Origin: an uncultured Gaiellaceae bacterium
Lineage (GTDB): Bacteria > Actinomycetota > Thermoleophilia > Gaiellales > Gaiellaceae
DNA: 64,000 nt
Direction: 5' to 3'
Assembly: GCA_963707575.1 (NCBI GenBank)
Contig: OY970171.1
Location: 290,743-354,742, forward strand
Numbering within the stretch: position 1 is the first letter of the stretch; each line of letters opens with the position of its first letter. The notes beneath the pieces are model-generated. The model worked only from the letters and a program-made list of their open reading frames with translations, did no database searches and had not been told where the DNA came from. The translations under genes were made by a program, and so were the position numbers. Of this stretch, positions 30,901 through 39,100 are shown piece by piece.

Positions 30901-33900
30901 GGGGTGGTCGTCACGCGCAGGGTGTAGGGCCGCGGCGAGCTCGCGTCGTTGTAGCCCGACACCTGCAGGACGTAGTAGCCGCCCCCGCCGAGCGAGATCG
31001 CCGAGACGTCTTCGGGATCGTTGCCGCGGAAGATCGACTGGCCGGCGATCGGCAGATCGACCGTCGAGATGTCCTGCAGCCCTCCCGGCTCGAGCTGGCG
31101 GCCGAGATCGGTCAGGCCGATCCCGTCGTCCGGGATCGGGGCGTTCTGCAACGGGACGCCGACGGTGCCCGTGTTGACGAGCGGCGGCACCGTCGCCGGG
31201 GCATAGAGCGTCAGGTCGTAGTCCGCGGCCAGGTTCGTCATCCGCACGGTCAGCCGGGTACCGGCCGGCGGGGTCGGGATGCGGTAGAAGTCGGTATCGC
31301 CCTCCTGGTCGAGGTAGGAGAGATCGACCTCGACGTCGGGCTCGACGATCGGCGCGGTCGCCGGATCGTCGTTCGGCTCGAAGACGGTGCGCACGACGAC
31401 GTCGTGGGTGTCGGCCGCCTCGAGCTCGGTGCCCGCGGCGGTGACGGACAGCGACGCGCTCGTCGGCCCGAGATCGATGCCGGGGAGAGCGTCGAAGTCG
31501 AGCCGGTGCTCCACGCCGAAGGCGACGTCCGCGACCGTCCACGTCAGGGTGCGGCCGTCCGTCGAGACGCTCGGGTCCGGTAGCGGGGCCGTGGAGCCGC
31601 CGGCGACGAGCGCTGAGGTGCCCGCGGCGTAGCGCCACCCCTTCGGCAACGTGACGGCCACCGTGGCCTCGCCCGCGCTGCCCTCGTCTCCCGCGAGCGT
31701 GAACGCTGCGTGCCACGTCAGCCCGCCGTTCGTCCCGAAGCTGCCGAGCACGTCCGCGGAGAGCGTCTCCCAGGCGACGCCGGCGCGCGTGATGAAGAGT
31801 GCGAGCAGGTCGTTGAACGTGAGCCCGGAGGGCGTCGGCAGGCCCTCGAGCAGGTCGCCGACGGTCAGCGGCGGCTCGCCGTAGAAGATCAGGTCGCCGA
31901 GCGTGAAGCCGCCGAGCGAACCGGCGAGGTGCGAGAGCGTGGCCGTCTCCTTGATGTGCCCGGCCGCGAAGGCAGCGCCGAGCGTCGCCTCGGTCGTCAC
32001 GGTCAGGACGTCGGCCGGGTTGCGCAGCCCGGCGACGGGAATCGAGCCGAGCGGCGACGAGGTGGCCAGGATCCGGCGCAGCGACAGCTCGCCGAAGCCG
32101 GAGGCTGCGAGGTCGAAGTTGTCGATCGGGAAGTTGTCGATCGGCGACACCGACAACGGCATGTTGTCGATGGGGAAGTTGTCGATCGGCATGTTGTCGA
32201 TCGGGAAGTTGTCGATCGGGAAGTTGTCGATCGGGAAGTTGTCGATCGGGAAGTTGTCGATCGGCGCGCCGGTGAGCGCCGCCCCGAGCACGGTCTGCGA
32301 GCCGATCGTCTGCGCCCGGTTGGCGGGCGTGCAGTTGACGGGCGGGCCGCTCAGGGCGGCGCACCAGTCGGTCAGCGCGTCTCCCCCGCCCAGCGGGTTG
32401 ATCTGCGAGAGCGGGATCGCGCCGACGGCGAGCGCCTCGAAGCCGAGCCGCCGCAGCTTCGAGCTGCCGAAGTCCAGCTGCTCGAACAGGAGCTGCGGCG
32501 TGCTGCTGCCCGGCGTGAGCGCCGGCGAGGGCGGCGTGGCGAGCACGAGCTGCGCCAGCGAGACGCTTTGCGGAGGCACACCGGCGTACCGCGAGCCCTC
32601 GAGCACCTTCGGCCAGCCACCGGGATACGTGATCCCGATCGTCGAGAGCGGCACGTCGTCGAGCTCGGAGGCGACCGTCGGCGCATCGAACGGGAAGTTG
32701 TCGATCGGGAAGTTGTCGATGGGGAAGTTGTCGATCGGGAAGTTGTCGATCGGGAAGTTGTCGATCGGGAAGTTGTCGATCGGAAAGTTGTCAATGGGGA
32801 AGTTGTCGATCGGGAAGTTGTCGATCGGCGCCGGGGCGACGGCGGATGCGGGAGCCGGCTGGAGGATCGAGAGCGGGAAGTTGTCGATCGGCAGCTGACT
32901 GGCGCCGGCCTCGGTCGAGTCCGCATCGGTGGTCAGCGCGGCGGTGATCCCCGTCGGCGTGGCCGCCGGGCTGAGGTCGCGCACGAAGACGTCGATGGCC
33001 GCGTTCGTGTCCTCCTCAGGCCCCAGCAGGTCGTCCGCCGCAGAGGAGAACGTCACATGGCGGCCGTCGGCGCTGAGGGCGGACAGCAGCCCGTTGTGGC
33101 TGGAGCCGTTCCCGGCGACGCCGGCCGGAGTCAGGTCGACGACGCGCGTGGTACCGCCCGCGAGGTCGCGGGCGTAGACGTGGATCCCGCCCGCGTCGGT
33201 CAGCGGGCTCAGGTTGGACGCGGCCGAGGTGAACGAGACGATCAGGCCGTCGTCGCTGAGCGCAGGCGCCGAGGCCTGCGCGTTCCCGCGCTCACCCGTC
33301 CCGCTCAGGTCTGCGATCTCGGTCGTCGCGGCCGCGAGGTCGCGCACGAAGACGTGGCCGTTCGAATCGGCCGGAATGCCCGGCGCGAGGTTCTCGGCGT
33401 TCGAGAGGAAGGCGATCCTGCTTCCGTCGGCACTGAGCGAGGGCGGCCACGCCGGCGAGCTGTCCGCGTCGCCCTGAGCCCCCGCGGAGGAGATGCTGAC
33501 GCGCGTCGTCTCGCCGGTCTCGCGGTCGTGCACGAACACGTCTGTCGCTCCGTTTGTGTCGTTCTCGACGAGGTTGCTCGCGGCCGAGGCGAAGGCGACG
33601 AAGCGCCCGTTGCCGCTCAGCGCGGGATAAAAGCTCGGCCCGTTCGCCTGGACGCCGGCGCTCGAGACGCTGACCCGCTCCGGGCCGGCGCTGCCCAGCT
33701 CGCGCACGTAGACGTCGGACACGCCGTTCGAGTCCTCGCCCTCGGCCAGGAGGTTGGTCGCGACAGTGTCGAACGCGACGGCGTTGCCTGCGGCGGAGAT
33801 CGAGGGGTGCTGGCTCGAGCCGTTTGCGATCGACGCGCCGACCGCATCGACGAGCTGCGTGGAGCCCGCGTCGAGGCTGCGCCGGTAAACGTGCCAGGTA

Positions 33901-36002
33901 CCCGTCCCGGGGACGCAGCTCTCGCCGACGCACGCGAGGTTCGAGGCGAGCGACTGGAACGCGGCGAAGCCGCCGCCGCCCGCGACCTGAACCCAGCCGC
34001 TGTTCGCGTTGCCGGGCTGGACGCCGTCCGGGTTCGGGATGCTCGAGCTGAGCAACGTCGTGGTGCCGGCCGCGCGGTCGCGCGCATAGGCCTGGACGAG
34101 CTCGAGGCTCCCGATCGGGGTGAGGTTCAGCGCCGCGGACTCGAAGCCGACGAGGTTCCCGTCGTCGCTCAGGGACGGGAAGACGCTCGCGCCGCCGTTC
34201 ACCTGGATCCCCGCAGCGGACAGGCTGGCGATGAACGTCTCGCCGGTCACATCCGGGGCGGGCGCGGCCAGGATCGTCCAGGTGCGCACTTCCGGGGTCG
34301 CGTCCGTGTTGCCGGACGGGTCGGTCGCCTGCGCCGTGAAGGTGTGCTCGCCGAGCCCGAGCTCCGAGAAGAACTCGGTGCCCTCGCAGCCGTCCACCAG
34401 CTCGCCGTCGAGCGTGCAGGCGAACGTCGAGCCTTCCTCGTTCGAGCCGACCGTAAAGGAGGCGACCGTGTCGGTCGTCGACTCGCCGGGGCCACCCGCG
34501 ATCTCGGTCACCGGCGGCGTCCGGTCGAGGTCGACCTCGATCGAGTTCACATAGGACGCCCCACCCTCCTCGAGCGCACGCGCGGTGACGATCGCGCCGT
34601 CTCCGACGACGTCGCCGGCCTCGAAGCTCGCCTCGTAGGGAGCCTCGGAGTCGGTTCCGAGCGCGTGCGTGCCGGCGTCGTCCGTGTAGGAGAACTGCAT
34701 CTGGATGATCGCGTGCACGTCGCCCCCGGAGGCGCTGACGGCGACCGTGCCCACGACCGTCGTCCCGGCGACCGGCGCGGAGATCGCCGGCACCGGCTGC
34801 CAGTCGGGGAAGCCGTTGCGCGCGCCCGCGACGACCTGCGTGGGATCGCCGCCGTCGGCGCTGATCGTGGCGAGGTCGAAGTTGCTGTTGCCGAACCGCG
34901 TCGTGACGTAGGCGACGCGAGACCCGTCGGGCGACCAGGCGGGATCGGCGTTGTACGCGCCGTCCGCCGTCAGCGGGGTGGCGACCGGCTCCGCGGTCAC
35001 CGGGTCGACCGTCCACAGCTCGTGCTGGTCGCCGGCGCCGGCCCGGACGAAGACGATCTTCCCGCGCACTCCCCAGTCGGGGTCGGTGTCGCTCTGCGGT
35101 CCGCTGGTGAGGACCCGCAGGTCGCCGGTCAGGTCGACACGCTTCGTGAAGATCTGGCAGGGCTGGCCCGCTGGGCAGTACTGGAATGTCAGCTCGTCTC
35201 CGTTGGGGGAGAAGGATGGCGCGCCGGCGGGGTGCTCGCCCCGGAAGATCGTGGTGACTGCGCGCGTGGCGACGTCCATGACGTAGATCCCGTTGAAACC
35301 GACGACTCGGTCACTCTCGAAGGCGATCAAGCGTCCGTCGGGAGACCAGGCAGGTGCGCCGTCGTAGCGGTCGTTGTTCGTCAGCTGAACGCGCCCATCC
35401 GGCCCATCGAGGTACAGCTCGAAGGCGCTGGCCGGGTCCGCGACGTCCTTGGAGGCGAACACGGTGCGGGAGCCGTCAGGCGAGACCGCAACCAGCTGGT
35501 CGGCAGACGGATCGGTGACGACGCCCTGCAGACCGCTGCCGACCGGGCGAACGGAGTAGATGTCGTGGTTCTGGTCGGGAAGGCTCGTCGAGCGGAGGAA
35601 GAAGATCCGGCCGTTGCCCGGCAGCTCGAGCGGCTGGATCGTGTAGCTCTGGTCGAGCGCCTCGGAGAGCACGTAGCCGAGGCAGTTGCCCGCCTTGTCC
35701 ACGGCGACCCACGGATGTGTGAGCCAGGTGGGCTGCGAGTAGCCGGCGCCGTCCTGCAGCGTCGCATAGTGGATGCGGTCACCCTCGTAGTCGAGCCAGT
35801 AGATGTCCACCTCCGTGCCGCTCTCGTTCACGAAGGTGATCTGCGAGGGCGTCGAGCCGTCGATCGATTGCGCCTGCGTGACGTGGCAGTTCGGGTTCAC
35901 GACGGCCGAGCCCGACGGCACGACGACGGCAGCGGCCAGGGCAACCGCCATCAAGCCGAGCGCAGCCACCGTCCAGGTGTGACGGCGTAGCGAAGCCCTC
36001 AA
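27906..36002 (-). CDS. giant (~2,698 aa) secreted multidomain protein: signal peptide, VHL-beta-like domain, TolB/PD40-type propellers, Ig-like domains, two PIDNF repeat arrays, PPC domain, C25 (gingipain)-like peptidase domain, Ig-like/C-terminal beta-sandwich domains
   Basis: Uninterrupted ORF 27906..36281. Start proposed at TTG 36002 (MRASLRRHTWTVAALGLMAVALAAAVVVPSGSA). Farther upstream the ORF overlaps the divergent cyclase gene and encodes low-complexity sequence. Domain motifs are quoted in the findings. Confidence 0.8.
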   Translation of the reverse strand: MRASLRRHTWTVAALGLMAVALAAAVVVPSGSAVVNPNCHVTQAQSIDGSTPSQITFVNESGTEVDIYWLDYEGDRIHYATLQDGAGYSQPTWLTHPWVAVDKAGNCLGYVLSEALDQSYTIQPLELPGNGRIFFLRSTSLPDQNHDIYSVRPVGSGLQGVVTDPSADQLVAVSPDGSRTVFASKDVADPASAFELYLDGPDGRVQLTNNDRYDGAPAWSPDGRLIAFESDRVVGFNGIYVMDVATRAVTTIFRGEHPAGAPSFSPNGDELTFQYCPAGQPCQIFTKRVDLTGDLRVLTSGPQSDTDPDWGVRGKIVFVRAGAGDQHELWTVDPVTAEPVATPLTADGAYNADPAWSPDGSRVAYVTTRFGNSNFDLATISADGGDPTQVVAGARNGFPDWQPVPAISAPVAGTTVVGTVAVSASGGDVHAIIQMQFSYTDDAGTHALGTDSEAPYEASFEAGDVVGDGAIVTARALEEGGASYVNSIEVDLDRTPPVTEIAGGPGESTTDTVASFTVGSNEEGSTFACTLDGELVDGCEGTEFFSELGLGEHTFTAQATDPSGNTDATPEVRTWTILAAPAPDVTGETFIASLSAAGIQVNGGASVFPSLSDDGNLVGFESAALNLTPIGSLELVQAYARDRAAGTTTLLSSSIPNPDGVQPGNANSGWVQVAGGGGFAAFQSLASNLACVGESCVPGTGTWHVYRRSLDAGSTQLVDAVGASIANGSSQHPSISAAGNAVAFDTVATNLLAEGEDSNGVSDVYVRELGSAGPERVSVSSAGVQANGPSFYPALSGNGRFVAFASAASNLVENDTNGATDVFVHDRETGETTRVSISSAGAQGDADSSPAWPPSLSADGSRIAFLSNAENLAPGIPADSNGHVFVRDLAAATTEIADLSGTGERGNAQASAPALSDDGLIVSFTSAASNLSPLTDAGGIHVYARDLAGGTTRVVDLTPAGVAGNGSSHNGLLSALSADGRHVTFSSAADDLLGPEEDTNAAIDVFVRDLSPAATPTGITAALTTDADSTEAGASQLPIDNFPLSILQPAPASAVAPAPIDNFPIDNFPIDNFPIDNFPIDNFPIDNFPIDNFPIDNFPIDNFPFDAPTVASELDDVPLSTIGITYPGGWPKVLEGSRYAGVPPQSVSLAQLVLATPPSPALTPGSSTPQLLFEQLDFGSSKLRRLGFEALAVGAIPLSQINPLGGGDALTDWCAALSGPPVNCTPANRAQTIGSQTVLGAALTGAPIDNFPIDNFPIDNFPIDNFPIDNMPIDNFPIDNMPLSVSPIDNFPIDNFDLAASGFGELSLRRILATSSPLGSIPVAGLRNPADVLTVTTEATLGAAFAAGHIKETATLSHLAGSLGGFTLGDLIFYGEPPLTVGDLLEGLPTPSGLTFNDLLALFITRAGVAWETLSADVLGSFGTNGGLTWHAAFTLAGDEGSAGEATVAVTLPKGWRYAAGTSALVAGGSTAPLPDPSVSTDGRTLTWTVADVAFGVEHRLDFDALPGIDLGPTSASLSVTAAGTELEAADTHDVVVRTVFEPNDDPATAPIVEPDVEVDLSYLDQEGDTDFYRIPTPPAGTRLTVRMTNLAADYDLTLYAPATVPPLVNTGTVGVPLQNAPIPDDGIGLTDLGRQLEPGGLQDISTVDLPIAGQSIFRGNDPEDVSAISLGGGGYYVLQVSGYNDASSPRPYTLRVTTTPPPTVGPCAPRSFPFPTQGTAGAQVAIPANVNTLFLVNRLRLGRTYGTGPANDVLASLANVAGRNALGVAGAVVPVEAYGSNAALYTAWDANPCAPELANAVASGIAATVNAIRLTRPSLKYIVFVGGDDQIPFFRVPDLTLIANESGNASTFTGNQYSGAFIRENLLSDDPYLDTDPIQVGARQVFVPDLAGGRLVESPGQIIGQLNEFVAASGILARNSAFSSGYDFASDGTAAASSELSGIVGAANTRTLIDDTWNRVGLLGALFPTTGASGINQLNGHYDHHSALPAAGNTTGDTSDLFTTADLDARPGSMPRRIVFTIGCHAGLPVANVIVGETSPIKRDWAEAYGEQRSAFAANTGFGLGSTDSIAWSEQLMAELAGNLNGSLTIGEALAQAKADYFLGRASFSAYEQKTTLQATLYGLPFFGVGSAPPPVGSPPPPQPPAPTTIPGATSATAPNQGPITLDPVSQLRSGEFAVVPAFTRENREFGDFWTNAGQVTGVHYRPLVSTLALPATRTGERAHSALVESLVSQDDSPWDPSLLMPTTDSTALSPEPTFTDIGFPSGIPTMATARSVTGTRSQLNLATSQYFTDDTPGSEGASVMRRWTQIRGRVFYNASTDYEPPTIVSSEATRFGTNVGFEVSACTAVRVFILFDDLGDTAGTQDTWVGVDLLPDAPGSCRWTGGAPVIGPNVQYIVQACDADGNCAMSTNKAHYFQAQPEPADPPNGITIELTGTQAPGLPDYFSGPVTVDVTPTDGAAVTIDGLTPASLPASVTRDGLHVVEVDTAAGEHAEKRFVIDATAPQVLITSPAPNATFTLGQSVAAAFRCLDSGSGVKSCIGSTANGSPLPTGTVGEKTLTVTATDIVGHTTTATRTYRVVWPFTGFFEPVDNPPIVNVVKAGSSVPIKFSLGGNRGLNIFAPGSPASVGVNCSSSQPDDSLEEIDSPAANGLSYDAASQRYHYVWKTNKAWVGTCRQLIVTLVDGSTHVASFKFK
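32115..32264 (-). repeat. tandem 15-bp repeat array 1 inside the giant gene (10 units; PIDNF/PIDNM, one degenerate PLSVS unit)
   Basis: Plus-strand unit GAAGTTGTCGATCGG. 6 units are identical. Variants are CATGTTGTCGATCGG, CATGTTGTCGATGGG and CGACACCGACAACGG. Confidence 0.95.
32692..32826 (-). repeat. tandem 15-bp repeat array 2 inside the giant gene (9 units, all PIDNF), plus one isolated unit at 32876..32890
   Basis: Plus-strand unit GGGAAGTTGTCGATC. 7 of 9 units are identical; the others differ by 1 and 3 nt. Confidence 0.95.
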
Positions 36003-36105
36003 TTTGTCGAGCCTGCCGCAGATCCTGGCCCCTCCTCCCGTTGCCGCCGACCCTACTCCTCTCCGCCGGGATTTCCTAGAGATTTCGTCGCTTTCGTGCG
36101 CAACA

Positions 36106-39100
36106 ATGGGTAGCTCGGTGACGCAGACGCTGACGCAGCCGGGCCTCGAGCCGTACGTCCCGCGCCTCGTGCGCACGTGGAACGACGTGCGCGGAGGGGT
36201 CGACGCGATCGAGGTGGACGGCACGCTCGTCTCCGTCGACCTGGCCGGCTTCACCGCGCTCTCGGAGCGGCTGGCCGCCAAGGGCCGCGCCGGCGCCGAG
36301 GAGCTGATCCTCCTGATCAGCGGCGTCTACGAGGGGCTGATCGGGATCGCAGGGCGCCGCGGCGGCGACGTGCTCAAGTTCCGCGGCGACGCGCTCCTGA
36401 TCTTCTTCGAGGACGACGACCACGCCCTCCGCGCCTGCATCGCCGCGGGCGAGATGCAGTGGTTGATCGAAGAGACGGGCCGCACGCGCAGCTCGGTCGG
36501 CGCCGTCGAGCTGACGATGGCGGTCGGCATCCACTCCGGCCCGTGCCACTTCTTCCTCTCCGGCCGCTCGCACCGCGAGCTCGTGATCGCCGGGCCGGCC
36601 GCGACGGGGACGCTGCGGCTCGAGGACGCGGCGAGCTCCCGGGAGATCCTCGTCAGCGCTGCGACCGCGCACGCGCTCGACCCGGGCTGGCTCGGGGCCG
36701 CGCGCGACGGCGCGGTGCTGCTGAAGCCCGGCCTCCACAACGGGGTGCCGGACGAGCCCGGCGCCCCCGACGAGCCGGCCACGGACGCCGACCTCGTCGA
36801 GTTCGTCCCGCTTCCGCTACGACCCGTGCTGGCCTCCGGGGCGGCCGAGGCCGAGCACCGGCAGGCGACGGTCGCCTTCGTGAAGTTCACGGGCGCCGAC
36901 GAGCTGCTCGCTCGGGAGGGCATCGACGGGCTCGGCGAGCGGATCACACGCCTCGGCGACATCGTCGACGGGACGGTCGACGGGCTCGGGATCACCTGGC
37001 TCGAGTCGGACATCGACCTCGACGGGGGCAAGGTCTATCTCACGGCGGGGGCGCCGGCGACGCCTGGAGGCGACGAGGAGAGGATGCTGCTGGCGCTCCG
37101 CGCGATCCTCGACGAGGAGTGCGGCCTCACGCTGCGCGCCGGGGTCAACCGCGGCCACGTCTTCGCGGGCGAGATCGGCGCCGAGCGCCGGCGCACCTAC
37201 GCCGTGATGGGCGACACGGTCAATCTCGCCGCCCGCCTCGCAGGACGTGCTCAGCCGGGCCAGATCCTCGCCACCGGGGACGTGCTCGAGCGGGCCCGCA
37301 CCCGCTTCGAGACGAGCTCTCAGCCGTTCCTGATGAAAGGCAAGGAGCGTGCCGTCACCGCGTACAGCGTCGGCGCCGTCGTCGGCCTCCGCGAGGAGCA
37401 GCTGCCGGAGCGCCTGCCGCTCATCGGCCGCGAATCGGAGCTCACTGCGCTGCGCGAGGCGGTCGACTCGGCACGCCAGCGCCAGAGCCGCCTGATCGAG
37501 CTCGTCGGCGAGCCGGGAATCGGCAAGACGCGGTTGATCGACGAGCTGACCGCGCTCTCGCTGGGCTTCACGCAGCTCGTGGCGCGCTCGGAGGCCTATG
37601 CGACGGCGGCGCCGTACTTCGTCTTCCGCCCGCTGCTGCGGCAGCTGGCGGGGATCCTGCCGACCGCCGCCCGAGACGACGCCGGCCAGCAGCTCACTGC
37701 GTGGGTGCAGGGGGTGATGCCGGATCAGCTGCCGTGGTTGCCGCTGCTCGGTGTCGCGTTCGACGCGGAGGTCGAACCGACGCCCGAGACCGATGCACTC
37801 GCGGCGTCGATGCGGCGACAGCGGCTGCACGAGGCGGTCGAGCAATTCCTCGTGCGCATCCTGATGATGCCGACCCTGCTCGTCTTCGAGGACACCCACT
37901 GGCTTGACGACGCCTCACGTGAGCTGCTGCTGCACCTCGCGCTGAGACCGTCTCCGCGCCCGTGGCTGATCTGCGTGACTCGCCGCCCACGTGGCGCGTC
38001 CTTCGTCGAGGAGGGCGGCGCGGAAGGGCTCGTGATCGCGCTCGAGCCACTCGCGCCGGAGCTGACTGCGTCGCTCGCCCGGATCGTCGACAACGAGCTG
38101 TCGCTGTCCGAGGACGAGCTCGAATCGCTGGTTGCGCGCGCAGGCGGCAATCCGCTGTTCGTTCGTGAGCTCGTCGCTGCGATCCGCCGCGGCGCAGCCG
38201 GCGAGCTGCCCGAGACGGTCGAGCGCCTGATGACCGAGCGCATCGACACGCTCGACCCCGAGGACCGGCTGCTCCTCCGCGTCGCCGCCGTGGTCGGCCC
38301 GCGCTTCGACCTCGAGCTGATGCGGGAGCTGCTCGGCGACGAGCTCGGCGACGTCGGCGAGATCGAGCGCTGGCACCGTCTCGGCGAGTTTGTCGAGTGG
38401 CGCGGCGAGGACACGCTCCGGTTCCGCCACGACCTCTTCCGCGCCGCAGCCTACGAAGGACTGTCCTTCCAGCGTCGACACGACGTGCATGCGCGCGTCG
38501 GCGCGGCGCTCGAGCGCCGCGCGGGCGAGCGAACCGACGAGGCGGCGGGGCTGCTCTCGCTCCACTTCCTCGAGGGCCGCGAGCCCGAGAAGGCCTGGCG
38601 CTACTCGGTCGCCGCGGGCCGGCGTGCCCAGGGGCTGTGGTCGAACGTCGATGCGGCCGAGTTCTACGAGCGCGCCCTGAGCGCGGCCGACGACCTCGAC
38701 GGGGCCGACCCGGTGGAGGTGTCGGCCGTCGCCGAGTCGCTCGGAGACGTCTGCGAGCTCGCCGCTCGCTACGACGAGGCGAGCGAGGCCTACGGCCGCG
38801 CCCGCGCGCTCGTCGGCGACGACGTCGTCGCGTCGGCTCGGCTGCTGCGCAAGGAGGGTGTCCTGCACGAGCGCCACGGCGGCTACGACGGCGCGCTCGA
38901 GCTCTACCGCCGGGCACTGGAGTTGCTCGACTTTCCGGCCGGCGGCGGCGCCCCGGCCTCGGACCGGGTCGAGCTCGAGCTCGAATACGCAACCGTGCTC
39001 TTCCGGCAGGGGCACTTCGAGGAGTGCCTGGGCTGGGCGGAGCGGGCGGCCGAGCACGCGCAGGACGCAGACGACCGGCCCGGCCTCGCCCACGCCTACC

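Noticed and set aside
32115-32826. Could the 15-bp tandem repeats be a CRISPR array or a non-coding satellite?
   Set aside because: The units are contiguous with no spacers. The period is 15 nt and they are in frame within an uninterrupted 8-kb ORF, encoding PIDNF. No cas genes are present.
36003-36281. Extension of the giant ORF to the first start codon at 36281.
   Set aside because: That extension would overlap the divergent cyclase gene start (36106). It encodes low-complexity sequence ahead of an obvious signal peptide that follows TTG 36002. The exact start remains uncertain.
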